Positions 1-9,130 of a stretch of DNA of 64,000 nt are shown one piece after another; the first letter of the stretch is position 1, and each line of letters starts with the position of its first letter. A program made the position numbers and the translations under genes. Under the pieces are notes generated by a model. That model saw nothing but the letters and a program-made list of their open reading frames with translations, was not told where the DNA came from and ran no database searches. Location: contig CAVQFQ010000017.1 in assembly GCA_963711835.1 (NCBI GenBank), positions 224,001 through 288,000 of the forward strand, written 5' to 3'. The stretch comes from an uncultured delta proteobacterium (GTDB lineage: Bacteria > Desulfobacterota > RBG-13-43-22).

Positions 1-1025
1 CGCCGCCAGATACGGTCGGCCTGAGCCAGCCGGGATCGAAAGGGCCGCCAGCGGGAGTAATAGGGAGAAAGTAGGAGGGAGAGTAACAGCGTCCTGGGTT
101 CACCCTCTAAAACGAACCGCAAGGGCAGGAGACCGGCTTGGACCATCGGATGCTTTTGAAGGGGCTGCCCCAGGGAGATATTGTAATGACCGGCTTTTTC
201 AGTGACGGAAGGGCCGATTACCTCCTGAAAAGCCCTTGAAAGCTTGGGCGCATAGAGGTCCAGGTTGGGCGATACGACTGCGATTTGATGGAGCGGGAAA
301 TCCTGGGCAGAAACGAGAAGTTGGTCAACCAGAAAATAAATTTCCTCCTCGACATTGTCCAAGGTGAAGGCCGAAAGATGGGGCTCCTGATGCAATTGGG
401 TCATGGTTTCTACGGCCCCATACCGCTCTTTTAATACCTCCAGCAGATCCCTTTCAATCGGGGCGGGGTATTCAAAGCCTGCCAGAATGATCTTCCGGGG
501 TAAGGGTAGGGATTTCTGTTGAGCCCGTTGATGAAGAATCCCAGGGAGCCAGGCCGGGTGTAGTCTTCCGGCTTCCTTAAGCCACCGCCTAAACCTGGAG
601 AAAACCTCCTCCCTCCAGGAGATGAGCGGGCTGATTAACGTGTTCCGAAGGGGAGGGAGCTTGTCCCTGATTTTTACCCGAAAGGTTTCATCCAGGAGAC
701 GGTACAATTGCAGGTCGGCCGCCAAACCATCAGGCAGCTCGGTTCCTTGGACGGCCGATTCCCAGGTTTTCAGGATTCCAACGACCGAGGCCAGGGATTC
801 TTCCGGCCAGGAGCTGCGCCAGGTCTCTTCCAGCCAGGCATTGAGGCTCAGGACCCTGGGCGGCAGCCAGCCGGAATAACCCTTATTCATCCGGTCCAGG
901 CGGAAGGCATGGCGCAACTGTCGGGCCAGCCGGCCTCCCGAGGTCAGGATCAGGGTCTGCTCATCGGCTTCGGCGATGATCCGGGCCTGCAAGGCTTTGG
1001 TGGTAGGGGCGATCCAGTCGGCCAT
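1..1025 (-). CDS. AddB/RexB-like putative DNA repair helicase-nuclease subunit, N-terminal part (runs off window)
   Basis: Hand translation from ATG at 1025: MADWIAPTTKALQARII...LILTSGGRLARQLRHAF...PRVLSLNAWLEE...IAVVSPNLDLY...YNISLGQPL, open to the window edge; resembles the inactive-helicase N-terminus of AddB-like proteins. Not in the ORF track. Confidence 0.6.
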   Translation of the reverse strand, partial: MADWIAPTTKALQARIIAEADEQTLILTSGGRLARQLRHAFRLDRMNKGYSGWLPPRVLSLNAWLEETWRSSWPEESLASVVGILKTWESAVQGTELPDGLAADLQLYRLLDETFRVKIRDKLPPLRNTLISPLISWREEVFSRFRRWLKEAGRLHPAWLPGILHQRAQQKSLPLPRKIILAGFEYPAPIERDLLEVLKERYGAVETMTQLHQEPHLSAFTLDNVEEEIYFLVDQLLVSAQDFPLHQIAVVSPNLDLYAPKLSRAFQEVIGPSVTEKAGHYNISLGQPLQKHPMVQAGLLPLRFVLEGEPRTLLLSLLLSPYYSRWRPFRSRLAQADRIWR

Positions 1026-1030
1026 ATTTT

Positions 1031-1309
1031 TTAAACAATACGACGAGTTACTTGGGGGTAGACATCTTTCCGGTGAATGATTCCCAGGATGAGAATCTTA
1101 TTTTTTATTATTTTAAAAACGATACGGTAATCACTGACCCTTATTTTCCAATAGCCTTTGAGAGTCCGCCGCAATGGTTTTCCATAATATTCAGGTTGGG
1201 TGGTAAGGCGATCTTCAATGGCCTTTTTAATCAGGGCTTTATTTCTTGAATCGATTTTAGGCAAATCAATTTTTTTGACATCCGGGTGGTATCTTATTTC
1301 AAATGTCAT
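1031..1309 (-). CDS. RelE/ParE family type II toxin
   Basis: 92 aa, basic; YGKPLRRTLKGYWKIRVSDYRIVF...GIIHRKDVY is RelE-like. Confidence 0.87.
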   Translation of the reverse strand: MTFEIRYHPDVKKIDLPKIDSRNKALIKKAIEDRLTTQPEYYGKPLRRTLKGYWKIRVSDYRIVFKIIKNKILILGIIHRKDVYPQVTRRIV

Positions 1310-1331
1310 GGTTTTGGAGGTGCGATTCGTT

Positions 1332-1559
1332 TCAGGACCAGACTTCCTCGTGTTTCAGGGCCTTGGAATCCTTAAAGGACTTCTCGCGATTTTCTGCAAA
1401 CTTCCCCAGAAGCATATCCTCCTGAACATCCAAAGCCTCTTTCACCAGGTCCCTTAACTTGGTGGACAAGGAAACACCTTCTTTTTTCGCCAGAAACTTA
1501 ACGTTCTGGTAAAGAGGTTCCTCAAGAACAACATTGATCCTTGGATTTTTGGTGGGCAT
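1332..1559 (-). CDS. RHH-type antitoxin, partner of RelE
   Basis: 75 aa, N-terminal RINVVL strand plus helices, acidic end HEEVWS; directly upstream of the toxin. Confidence 0.75.
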   Translation of the reverse strand: MPTKNPRINVVLEEPLYQNVKFLAKKEGVSLSTKLRDLVKEALDVQEDMLLGKFAENREKSFKDSKALKHEEVWS

Positions 1560-1639
1560 AATGATTCTCCCTCAAAGTAGTAACTTCAAGTGTACCATAA
1601 GTGATGAACCTGGTCAAGACCAACCGAAACAAAGCTGAT

Positions 1640-2572
1640 TTATTTATTGCGGTGCCGCTTCAACGTAAGTTGAAGATCCATGACTATTCTCTCCTGCAAT
1701 TCCTTGGGAGAAACCACCTCCACATGGGGCAGCCAGCGATAAACCCAGCGGCTGATCCCTTCCAGGCCGTTGACCCGAAACCGTAGTTCCAGGCGCCCGT
1801 CTTTGAGATCCCTTTCCCGCTGGCTCTGGTGCCATTTTTTTCTCTGGACATAGGGGCGGCAGACGGGGTCAAAACGCAAGACCACCTCGACGGGCTTGCC
1901 ATCCACTACGGAGCCGAAGGAGCCGGAAAGCTCGTCTTCCGGGGAGAGGTTCTGGGGAACGAAATAGTCATTCAGGACCTTTAAACCGGCAATCCGGTCC
2001 AGGGCGAAGGTCCGGGGTTCCGTCCGGAGATGGCAATAGCCCCTTAGATACCAGAAGTCCTCCTCAAAAAAGAGATAATAGGGGTCGACTTTTCTTTTGG
2101 TTTTTTGATCCGATGAGAGGGGCCGGTAGATTAATTTGAGCCGCTGGAAGTTTTTAATAGCCTCAGAAATGATTCCGATCCGGCCGGTTATATCGGCTTG
2201 CAGGATCCCACCGGCCAGAACGATGTGTTCCGGAACCCTCGCCTTTTTGAGGGAAAGCTTCTCCTCAATCCGGTCCAGGCTGTTTTCCCAGCCGGACCCC
2301 ATTCGGCCCATGATCTTCTTGGAAAGGGCCAGGGCCAGGGTCTCTTCCACCGATACTGCGGGTTTTTTCAAGGCGTATCCTTCCATAAAACCGTAACTCC
2401 TTTTCTCGCGATCGAAATGAATGGGGAAGCCGGCGGCCTGGATGGTATCCAGGTAGCGATAAACCGTCCTGTCGCAAATCCCCAGCTCTTCGGTCAGGGA
2501 TTGGACGGTCACCTTTTCCCGGCTGTCCAGCCGGTTCAAAATAAGCATCAAGGAATCAAATTTATACGACAA
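1640..2572 (-). CDS. WYL-domain transcriptional regulator (wHTH-WYL-WCX; YafY/PafC/CapW/BrxR-like)
   Basis: HTH LTEELGICDRTVYRYLDTI; RKVDPYYL, FWYLRGYCHLR, RTFALDRI; C-terminal VEVVSPKELQE. Confidence 0.93.
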   Translation of the reverse strand: MSYKFDSLMLILNRLDSREKVTVQSLTEELGICDRTVYRYLDTIQAAGFPIHFDREKRSYGFMEGYALKKPAVSVEETLALALSKKIMGRMGSGWENSLDRIEEKLSLKKARVPEHIVLAGGILQADITGRIGIISEAIKNFQRLKLIYRPLSSDQKTKRKVDPYYLFFEEDFWYLRGYCHLRTEPRTFALDRIAGLKVLNDYFVPQNLSPEDELSGSFGSVVDGKPVEVVLRFDPVCRPYVQRKKWHQSQRERDLKDGRLELRFRVNGLEGISRWVYRWLPHVEVVSPKELQERIVMDLQLTLKRHRNK

Positions 2573-2604
2573 CGCCGGTCCTCAGAGTATTTTATGGGAA
2601 GTAA

Positions 2605-2637
2605 TGTACTATAGCAAACTGACAGGGGCCTGTCAGT
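2605..2637 (-). promoter_or_regulatory. Sigma70-type promoter of the WYL gene overlapped by a palindromic operator
   Basis: Minus strand CTGACA-N17-TATAGT with extended-10 TG; inverted repeat ACTGACAGG-gg-CCTGTCAGT at 2618-2637. Confidence 0.7.
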
Positions 2638-2699
2638 CTTATTTGTAAAAAATTGCACTATTCAATAAAGTCGTCATCCCGGCGAACCCCGGATCACAG

Positions 2700-2837
2700 G
2701 CCGAGGCCCTTTTCGACCTTGAGGCCGAAGCCGTCGCCCGGCGCCACATCATGACCGACCTTAAGGAGGAGGGTTGGACCGAGCAGGACCATTTCCCTAA
2801 GGAGGAGGCAGATTTTGTCAGGATTTGATTTTTCTAG
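2700..2837 (+). pseudogene. Headless 3' gene remnant of unknown family, following a REP-like half element (2670-2695)
   Basis: Reads AEALFDLEAEAVARRHIMTDLKEEGWTEQDHFPKEEADFVRI*FF*; protein-like, no start, internal TGA. Confidence 0.3.
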
Positions 2838-2895
2838 ATCAGGAAGATTTATGGAAAGGGGGAGGAAGAGATCCGGAAGGTCTTTCAGATGAATA

Positions 2896-3300
2896 CTAAT
2901 CCTCAAAAGTATCCTCAAAACTCCTTGGCGTAACTATCTTTGTCCGGCCATATTGTTTGATTACCAACAAGTCCTGATCGCCGGTCACCAGGTAATCGGC
3001 ATGTGTTTGTTTCGCACAGGCCAGGATTTTATCGTCCTCCGGATCCCTGCAGGCAGGCAAAATCGGTGAGACCTTTTGGACTATCTTTCCAGCGGCCTCT
3101 ACCAAAACAGTCCAAGCATCTTTTATCTCAGAGGCTGAAACGGAAAATTTTTTACGAAGGTTCCTTTCGAATTCCTGAGCAATGTCGTTGCTCAGAATCA
3201 AATCAAATTCTCTCCGGCGCGCCCGGACAAGAAGCTTGGAACAAACGCCTTCGGTAAGAAAAGCGGCGATCAACACATTGGTGTCGAAGACGACTCTCAC
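2896..3300 (-). CDS. PIN-domain toxin (VapC-like)
   Basis: MRVVFDTNVLIAA...CRDPEDDKILACA...YLVTGDQDLL. Confidence 0.9.
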   Translation of the reverse strand: MRVVFDTNVLIAAFLTEGVCSKLLVRARRREFDLILSNDIAQEFERNLRKKFSVSASEIKDAWTVLVEAAGKIVQKVSPILPACRDPEDDKILACAKQTHADYLVTGDQDLLVIKQYGRTKIVTPRSFEDTFED

Positions 3301-3524
3301 GATACCCGACTGAATACGTCTTCTTCCGTAATGACTTTGGCCGCTTTGGCTTTTTTAGCCAGCCTTTTCTTAATTTGCCGGAATCGGGCCTCCCAAAGGA
3401 AAAGGCTCAGGGATTCCTTCACAATATCGCTTTTATTTCTGCCGGCGGCCTTGGCAAAAGCCTCCAGTTCGGCGGCCATTTGATTCGGCAGGCTAACAGA
3501 TAAAACGGTCCTCATACGCTTCAC
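3297..3524 (-). CDS. CopG/RHH antitoxin
   Basis: VLSVSLP...GRNKSDIVKESL...ITEEDVF; 4-bp overlap with the PIN gene. Confidence 0.85.
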   Translation of the reverse strand: MKRMRTVLSVSLPNQMAAELEAFAKAAGRNKSDIVKESLSLFLWEARFRQIKKRLAKKAKAAKVITEEDVFSRVS

Positions 3525-3691
3525 CTCTTGTATTACAATACACTACTTAGACCTGAGGTCAAGAAAAAACGTCCGAATGTGCGAGTTAGAACCAACATCC
3601 TCAAAACCAAACCAAAACTGAATGGAATGGACAACGTCCCCTCCCACACTGAATTTGCGATATTTTTCCGGTTAGTCCGATTTCAGGTAAA

Positions 3692-3979
3692 TCAAGAAAC
3701 GTTCAACTCGCTTTTGATTTTCTCGGATAACCAATGGCGGATCAATGTCTGGTAGGGCATGGATTTGGTGACCGCCAATTTTCGGATCATCTGGATTTGG
3801 ATCGGGTCCACCTTGATGGTTATATTTTTAAGTTTTTTAACCCGGTTGCCGGCTAAAATTTCCTTTTGGAGTTCCGGATCCAGGCTGAAATGGACGGGTT
3901 CTTCTACCAGTTCTTCAAGGATATGGGAACGGTCGTAATAATCCGGCCAATTTTCAATCCGGTCTTTATGTTTGCCCAT
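3692..3979 (-). CDS. BrnA/CopG-like antitoxin
   Basis: C-terminal RHH KNITIKVD...SMPYQTLIRHWLSEKI; immediately downstream of BrnT. Confidence 0.75.
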   Translation of the reverse strand: MGKHKDRIENWPDYYDRSHILEELVEEPVHFSLDPELQKEILAGNRVKKLKNITIKVDPIQIQMIRKLAVTKSMPYQTLIRHWLSEKIKSELNVS

Positions 3980-3982
3980 AAT

Positions 3983-4279
3983 CTACCTCCGGGTCCTTTT
4001 ATAATACCTGATTTCCGCCGGTTTCATGTCCCATCCCGTTATCATCCGTACAAGATTTTTCGATCTTAATTCAAAAATAATGGTCAGATATCTCCCGGCA
4101 CCCGTTGATCCAAACACCGCATAATGACCTTTTCGAGTTTTCCTGAAAAGGGGTTGATTAAGAAAGACCTCTTCCGCTTCGTCAGTCGTAATGCCATGAC
4201 CGAGCTCAAGATGAAGGGCGTTGCCCTCGTCCCATTCAAAATCGGATACCCGCACAAAGTTCCCTTTCAAGTCATACAT
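3983..4279 (-). CDS. BrnT family toxin (DUF497)
   Basis: FEWDEGNALH..HGITTDEAEEVF...GRYLTIIF...RMITGWDM..EIRYY; toxin-first order as in BrnTA. Confidence 0.87.
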   Translation of the reverse strand: MYDLKGNFVRVSDFEWDEGNALHLELGHGITTDEAEEVFLNQPLFRKTRKGHYAVFGSTGAGRYLTIIFELRSKNLVRMITGWDMKPAEIRYYKRTRR

Positions 4280-4334
4280 AGTATGACCTTTGTTTTGCTG
4301 AAAATCAAGGGATAATGTTGCCCTACTCCCTCTA

Positions 4335-5979
4335 TCATAATCTCAATTTTTTCAAAAGGGAGGGATTACCGAGACCTTCATGGAATTTCTTCTGGTCGTG
4401 GGGCACGGTAACGGTCGCGGTCCCTGCCGACCGGTTGCCGTTCTGGTCCTTGCACTCGATGGTCAGGGTATAAATCCGGTCCTCTTCTTTTCCAGACCTT
4501 TCCGCCCGGAGTTTTACCGTCAGGTCATCCACGATTTCCCAGTCTTTCACTTTAGGCCCAGCGCCCCGACCGGTTTCGGGTTGGTTACTGGAAACGGAGG
4601 TGATCCGGCAAACAGGTCGAGGATCGCAGGCATCCTCCGTGGAAACCTGGATATGGACCGGGACCATCCGGTGGTTGGGGGGCCAGAGCCGGTTGGGATG
4701 GGCGGCCAGGGTCAGGATCTCCGGCGCCGTCCCGTCGTGCACCGTAATGGTTACCGAATCCGTGGAACTCCCGCCCTTCCCGTCGGAAACGGTCAATTGA
4801 ATGATATGGACCCCGGTCGGCAGGGTGACTGTCGGCCTGGACCCGGTAACGGTCCCGAAAGGGCCGGTCCAGGTGAAGGCCAAGGGGTCCCCATCCGGGT
4901 CGGATGATCCGGAGCCGTCCAGGGTCACCACCGTTCCTTCGGGTCCGGCGCACTCCATCGTCTGGTCCGGGCCGGCATCGGCCTTTGGTGGAAGGTTCGG
5001 AGGGATGTACAGGATCGGATGATGATAAGGGTATTTGAGGACGCTTTCCCCGACAATCTGGCCCAGATTGTTGATGCCATAAGCCTGACACCAAATATTC
5101 AGGTCGATCATCCGTCCGTTTTCATAAAGGAAGAAATAGTCCGCCTCTCCGGGACGGGCGGCAAAACCCGCCACCTGGCCCCGGTCATTGATCGCGGCGG
5201 CCACGCTTGAACTTCCTCCCAGTGTTCCCAGATCGGTCATGACACCATTGACATAGAGAAAGGCCCGATAATGCCCGTCCGTGGTATCCGACTGGCCCAC
5301 GATCCAGCCCTGGCTGTTGATTGCCCGGGCGACACTGTTGAGCCCGCCCAACGTGCCCAAATCCTGCATCCCCGCTTCCGGGGTCCAGAGGAAGGCATGC
5401 CAGTCCCCGGAAGGAATCTGGGCCGATCCAACCACATTTCCATGAATATTGAGGCCGTAAGCAAGGCTCTGCCGGCCCCCCAGGGTGCCCAAGATCGATC
5501 ATGCGTCCATGGTCATAAAGAAAGGCCCGCCGGTCCTCCTCCAGGGTGCAGGTCTCCCCAACGATCTGCCCGTTATCGTTGATCCCATAGGCGATGCTGG
5601 AACACCAACGGTTGCCGATGACCCCCAGGTCCGTCATTTGCCCCCCGGAATAAAGGAAGGCATGTTGTAATCCATCCGTGGTGTCGGCATAGCCGACCAC
5701 CTGCCCCAAATTATTGATGCCCCGGGCCATGCTCCAGCCCCCGCCCAGGGTCCCCAGGTCGGTCATGGCCCCATTCGAGTACAAAAAGGCATGGACGATC
5801 CCATCCGATTTATCGGTGTAACCCGCCGCCTCTCCCCGGTCATTGATGGCAAAGGCGCAGCCGTTCCGCTCCGGCCCGCCCAAGGTTCCCAGGTCAATCA
5901 CCTCACCATAGCCTAGACCTGTCCCAAAAAACCAAAAACTGAAGACCAACGGTATTCTCCATAATTTGAGGCCTTTCAT
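4335..5979 (-). pseudogene. Secreted HAF-repeat protein with PKD/Ig-like C-terminal domains, split by a one-base frameshift near 5490
   Basis: Signal peptide MKGLKLWRIPLVFSFW; repeats DLGTLGG..A..IN..G.VVG....HAFLY in both ORFs 5185..6063 and 4335..5492; one extra base in GATCTTGGGCACC breaks DLGTLGG; ADAGPDQ/LDGSGSSDPDGD PKD motif. Confidence 0.85.
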
Positions 5980-6155
5980 CTTTTCTTCCTCCTTTTTCAT
6001 GTTTTTTCCGGGGTGCCCAGCACCCCTTCTTTCAAGGGGAAGGTTATCAGACAACCGTTCCATAAAACGAAACGCTTCTTAATTATTTTATATTGCTTTT
6101 ATATAATTATTGAAATACAATTATTGCATTACAATAATGCTCGGAGACCATAAGA

Positions 6156-7298
6156 ATGGGAAACCCTTTTTACCTTCAGGAACTTCCGGATGACGCCCCA
6201 TTTTGTGATCGGGAAACCGAATTACAGGAGCTGATCTCCTATGCCCAGGCCAAGGCCAACCTGGTAATTTATTCTCCCCGGCGTTTCGGAAAAACTTCCC
6301 TGGTCCGGCGGGTACAGAAAGCGTTAGCCGCCCAGGGCGCCGTTACCGTTTTCGTTGATTTTTTTGGAGTCGCCTCGATCGAAGACGTGGCCGGCCGGTT
6401 GGCAAAATCGGTTTATGTGGTCACCCGAGGGAAGGAATCCCTATGGAAAGCAGCCTTGAGGGTCATTCGTTCATTTCGTCCGATACTGAAGCCTGATCCC
6501 GAGGGAGGGCTGACCCTGAGCGTTGAACCGGTTTCCAGAGGGCAAACCGGGTTGACCTTGTTGGATGACACGCTCGAGTCATTAGGAGAATTCATTCACG
6601 CCGTTCCTGAATTGGTCCAGGTAGCTCTGGACGAATTTCAGGAAATTGTCTTGCTGAAAGAGGCCTTAAAAATAGAAGGTGTGCTTCGGACCCATATTCA
6701 ACGGCAACCGGCATCTTACTTTTTCATTGGCAGCCGGCGGCGGATCCTCCTGGCTCTTTTCAATGATCGCCAGCGGCCTTTTTTTCAGAGCGCCATCAAT
6801 TATCAACTGAAGGCCCTGCCGCCTGACGATTTGGTTCATTTTATTCAGGATCAATTTAGGCGCGGTAAAAGGTCCTGCCGCCCGGAGATGGCCTCACGTT
6901 TGGCTGCCTTGGTCCGTAACCATCCCTATTATGCCCAAAAACTTGGGTTTTTCGTGTATGAGCTTGGCGGGGCGGTCACGGAAGTAACGCTGCAAAAAGG
7001 CCTGGAACGGCTTCTTTTGGTGGAAAAACCGGTTTTTGAAGCGGTTCTTCAAGGACTTTCTCCCCATCAACGGCTTTTATTACAGACCCTGGCTCAGGAA
7101 CCCACCCCTCAATTAATGGCCGGCGCTTACCTTCGAAAATATGGTCTCGAATCAATCGGCGGGGTTCAGCATTCTGTCCGTCAACTGACCAGTTTGGATT
7201 TGATTGAGAAGGAAGAGGAGACCGGGCTTTGGCGGCTGGTGGATCCGATCCTGGCCCTTTGGTTAATAAGCCGAATCGAAGAAAAGTTGAAGGAGTAG
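6156..7298 (+). CDS. AAA-type ATPase (archaeal-ATPase-like) with C-terminal winged helix
   Basis: FCDRETEL, Walker A SPRRFGKTS, Walker B VALDEFQ, FIGS, HPYYAQ, C-terminal WRLVDPIL. Confidence 0.85.
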   Translation: MGNPFYLQELPDDAPFCDRETELQELISYAQAKANLVIYSPRRFGKTSLVRRVQKALAAQGAVTVFVDFFGVASIEDVAGRLAKSVYVVTRGKESLWKAALRVIRSFRPILKPDPEGGLTLSVEPVSRGQTGLTLLDDTLESLGEFIHAVPELVQVALDEFQEIVLLKEALKIEGVLRTHIQRQPASYFFIGSRRRILLALFNDRQRPFFQSAINYQLKALPPDDLVHFIQDQFRRGKRSCRPEMASRLAALVRNHPYYAQKLGFFVYELGGAVTEVTLQKGLERLLLVEKPVFEAVLQGLSPHQRLLLQTLAQEPTPQLMAGAYLRKYGLESIGGVQHSVRQLTSLDLIEKEEETGLWRLVDPILALWLISRIEEKLKE

Positions 7299-7519
7299 AA
7301 ATGCGTCCGTTGGTTGAAAATTTCCTCCATAGGGATTCCTTCCAACCTTCCTGCTCGATAGGCGTTAAGCCTCTTTTCCGCTTCTTCGGCCCATATTTCA
7401 TCTATTGAACTGTTTGGTTCGTCGAGGCTCTTTATTATCCCTTCGACCACCATAAACCTTTCGTCTGGTTTTAGTTTTAATGCCGCTTCAAGAATTTCTT
7501 TGCTTTTCATAAGCTTCAC
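7181..7519 (-). CDS. Putative addiction-module antitoxin component (orphan; reads through into the ATPase 3' end)
   Basis: EILEAALKLKPDER...IDEIWAEEAEKRLNAYRAGRLEGIPMEEIF is the typical ~65-aa family; the extension overlaps the convergent ATPase by 118 bp. Confidence 0.75.
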   Translation of the reverse strand: MKLMKSKEILEAALKLKPDERFMVVEGIIKSLDEPNSSIDEIWAEEAEKRLNAYRAGRLEGIPMEEIFNQRTHFYSFNFSSIRLINQRARIGSTSRQSPVSSSFSIKSKLVS

Positions 7520-7642
7520 CTCCCATTAAAAAAGGGGACTGAATAAACTTATTAATTCTCCCCTATCTGGAGCCCTTCCTCTATAATTTTAACAACCATC
7601 ATATCATTGTTAATCATTTAAATCCGCCAATAACTTCAATCA

Positions 7643-7860
7643 CTATGGTCCAAGTAAAAACAAAACCAGGGGCAGGCAGCGGATTTCCTTTTTCCCCACC
7701 TTTTCCATCCGCTCCAGATCATTCGTGATAAGAATGCATTCGCCGGAGTCCCCGAGCGAAGACGGGGTTCGAAGGCGGCCAGTTCACGGGCCGGGAACCT
7801 CGTCTCAGAAGCATCGGCCTGCCAGACCTGAAGCGCCCTTACAATCCGCATTCCCTCTTT
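7643..7860 (-). pseudogene. C-terminal remnant of a COG1373/DUF4143-type ATPase, frameshifted
   Basis: KEGMRIVRALQVWQADASETRFPARELAAF / ECILITNDLERMEKVGKKEIRCLPLVLFLLGP* resembles the AIQV...RE...LIIT...IKVIPL tail. Confidence 0.5.
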
Positions 7861-8020
7861 TTATCGCTCCGGTCTTATGCCGGAAAGATCGGCCAGCGGC
7901 AGGGCCTCGACGCGCTTTTGTAGGGGATAGCGTTCCTTGCCCGGATAGACCACATACAACTTTTCCAACCGTAGGTCTTCCAGGGCAATATGCATCGCCC
8001 TTATATGCTTTGTTAATCGT
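7861..8020 (-). pseudogene. C-terminal remnant of a second DUF4143-type ATPase
   Basis: RLTKHIRAMHIALEDLRLEKLYVVYPGKERYPLQKRVEALPLADL..* matches the SMHIALEDL..L.VVYPG..RYPL tail; upstream body is absent. Confidence 0.6.
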
Positions 8021-8035
8021 GGTCGGAGAATTAGT

Positions 8036-8079
8036 TGTTGTATATCGGTATGTTAATTACCGATTTACAACATTGTCAA
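8036..8079. promoter_or_regulatory. 15-bp-arm inverted repeat (operator) next to a minus-strand TTGACA
   Basis: TGTTGTATATCGGTA-N7-TACCGATTTACAACA (1 mismatch) at 8036-8072; TGTCAA at 8074-8079. Confidence 0.55.
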
Positions 8080-8191
8080 TTAATTTCCTGACCAGTCCCG
8101 GGAAAGACCTTCAAGGTGAAAATGTCTTTATGCGTTCTGTCTTATGGAACGGCCATATGTTATCCTTCTTGGAAACAAAAGGAGGGTTGCC

Positions 8192-8874
8192 ATGGAAAAA
8201 CCGCCGCTTGTTTTCAGAAAGGACCATTTATTTGTCCGATATGGAAAAGACCTGCTGCTTATGGACACGGGGTCGCCTCAGAGTTTCGGTTCGCTGCCTT
8301 CCCTGACCATAGCCGGGAAACAATTCGAGAACCTTCCCGGCGATTTCCCCGGTGTCAATGTGGAGGAACTATCGCGGTTTATCGGGGTAAAGATGGCCGG
8401 TCTCCTGGGGACGGACGTGATGAACCAATTTGACGTCCTGATTGACATACCCGATGGGACCGTAACCTTCTCCGAATCGGAAATTAAATTCAAAGGCAGG
8501 AAAATCCCGATTGAAGGACTGGTGATGGGGGTCCCGATCATTACGGTCAAAATCAAGGGAAAGCCCTTTCGGATGTTTTTTGACACCGGGGCAAGCATTG
8601 CTTATTTGAACGGTGATATTTCGGACGGATTCCAGTACCTGGGGCAGGTCAGGGATTTCTACCCCACGGATGGCTGGTTCATGGCCGAGGTTTTCAACCT
8701 GGACTTCCTGGTCGGCAAGAATCCCTACAGGGTCAGGTGCGGCCTGCTGCCTGAAAAGCGGAAAAACTCCGCCGAGGGTTGGAAATTATGGGAGTCGCGG
8801 GCTTGATTGGAATTGATCTCTTCAAGGGAAGGCCAATCGGTTATTTCCCAAGAAGGAAACTGATCCTATTATAG
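8192..8874 (+). pseudogene. Two-domain retropepsin-like aspartyl protease, frameshifted near 8755
   Basis: LLMDTGS...GLLGTDVM, then FFDTGAS; the second G-x-x-G-x-D motif (GVAGLIGIDLF...RRKLILL*) is in another frame ending TAG at 8874; RBS GGAGG before ATG 8192. Confidence 0.75.
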
Positions 8875-8906
8875 ACATTGAAAATAGGAAAGGGGGTTAG
8901 AAATAC

Positions 8907-8939
8907 TGTACTATAGCAAACTGACATGGGCCTGTCAGT
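8907..8939 (-). promoter_or_regulatory. Second copy of the WYL promoter/operator
   Basis: TGTACTATAGCAAACTGACATGGGCCTGTCAGT, 32/33 identical to 2605-2637 and in the same orientation. Confidence 0.7.
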
Positions 8940-9130
8940 AAGAATGCATAAGAAAAAATTTTTGAATTCCAGTTCAAACTATGCAAATCCTACTTTGAAA
9001 TATTTCTTTGTTTTTTAAGGTGTTATGGGGTGAAACAGGGTATTCGAATTTCATTCCTAAATATCCGCTTTTGCTATATAGTAGGTCTTTGAAGGTAAAA
9101 AAATGACCCAATGTTCAATGGGTTTTTGAC

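Noticed and set aside
5100-5900. Repeated DNA segments as a possible CRISPR array or DGR
   Set aside because: They are degenerate coding HAF repeats; no constant repeat-spacer pattern, cas or RT gene. No CRISPR array was seen anywhere in the window.
7725-8433. ORFs 7725..8306 and 8116..8433
   Set aside because: They span remnants, the operator and an alternative frame of the protease; not protein-like.
1000-9000. Classical integron explaining the TA cluster
   Set aside because: No intI in the window and I could not identify recurrent attC sites (RYYYAAC..GTTRRRY) by eye; an IntegronFinder run is needed to exclude it fully.
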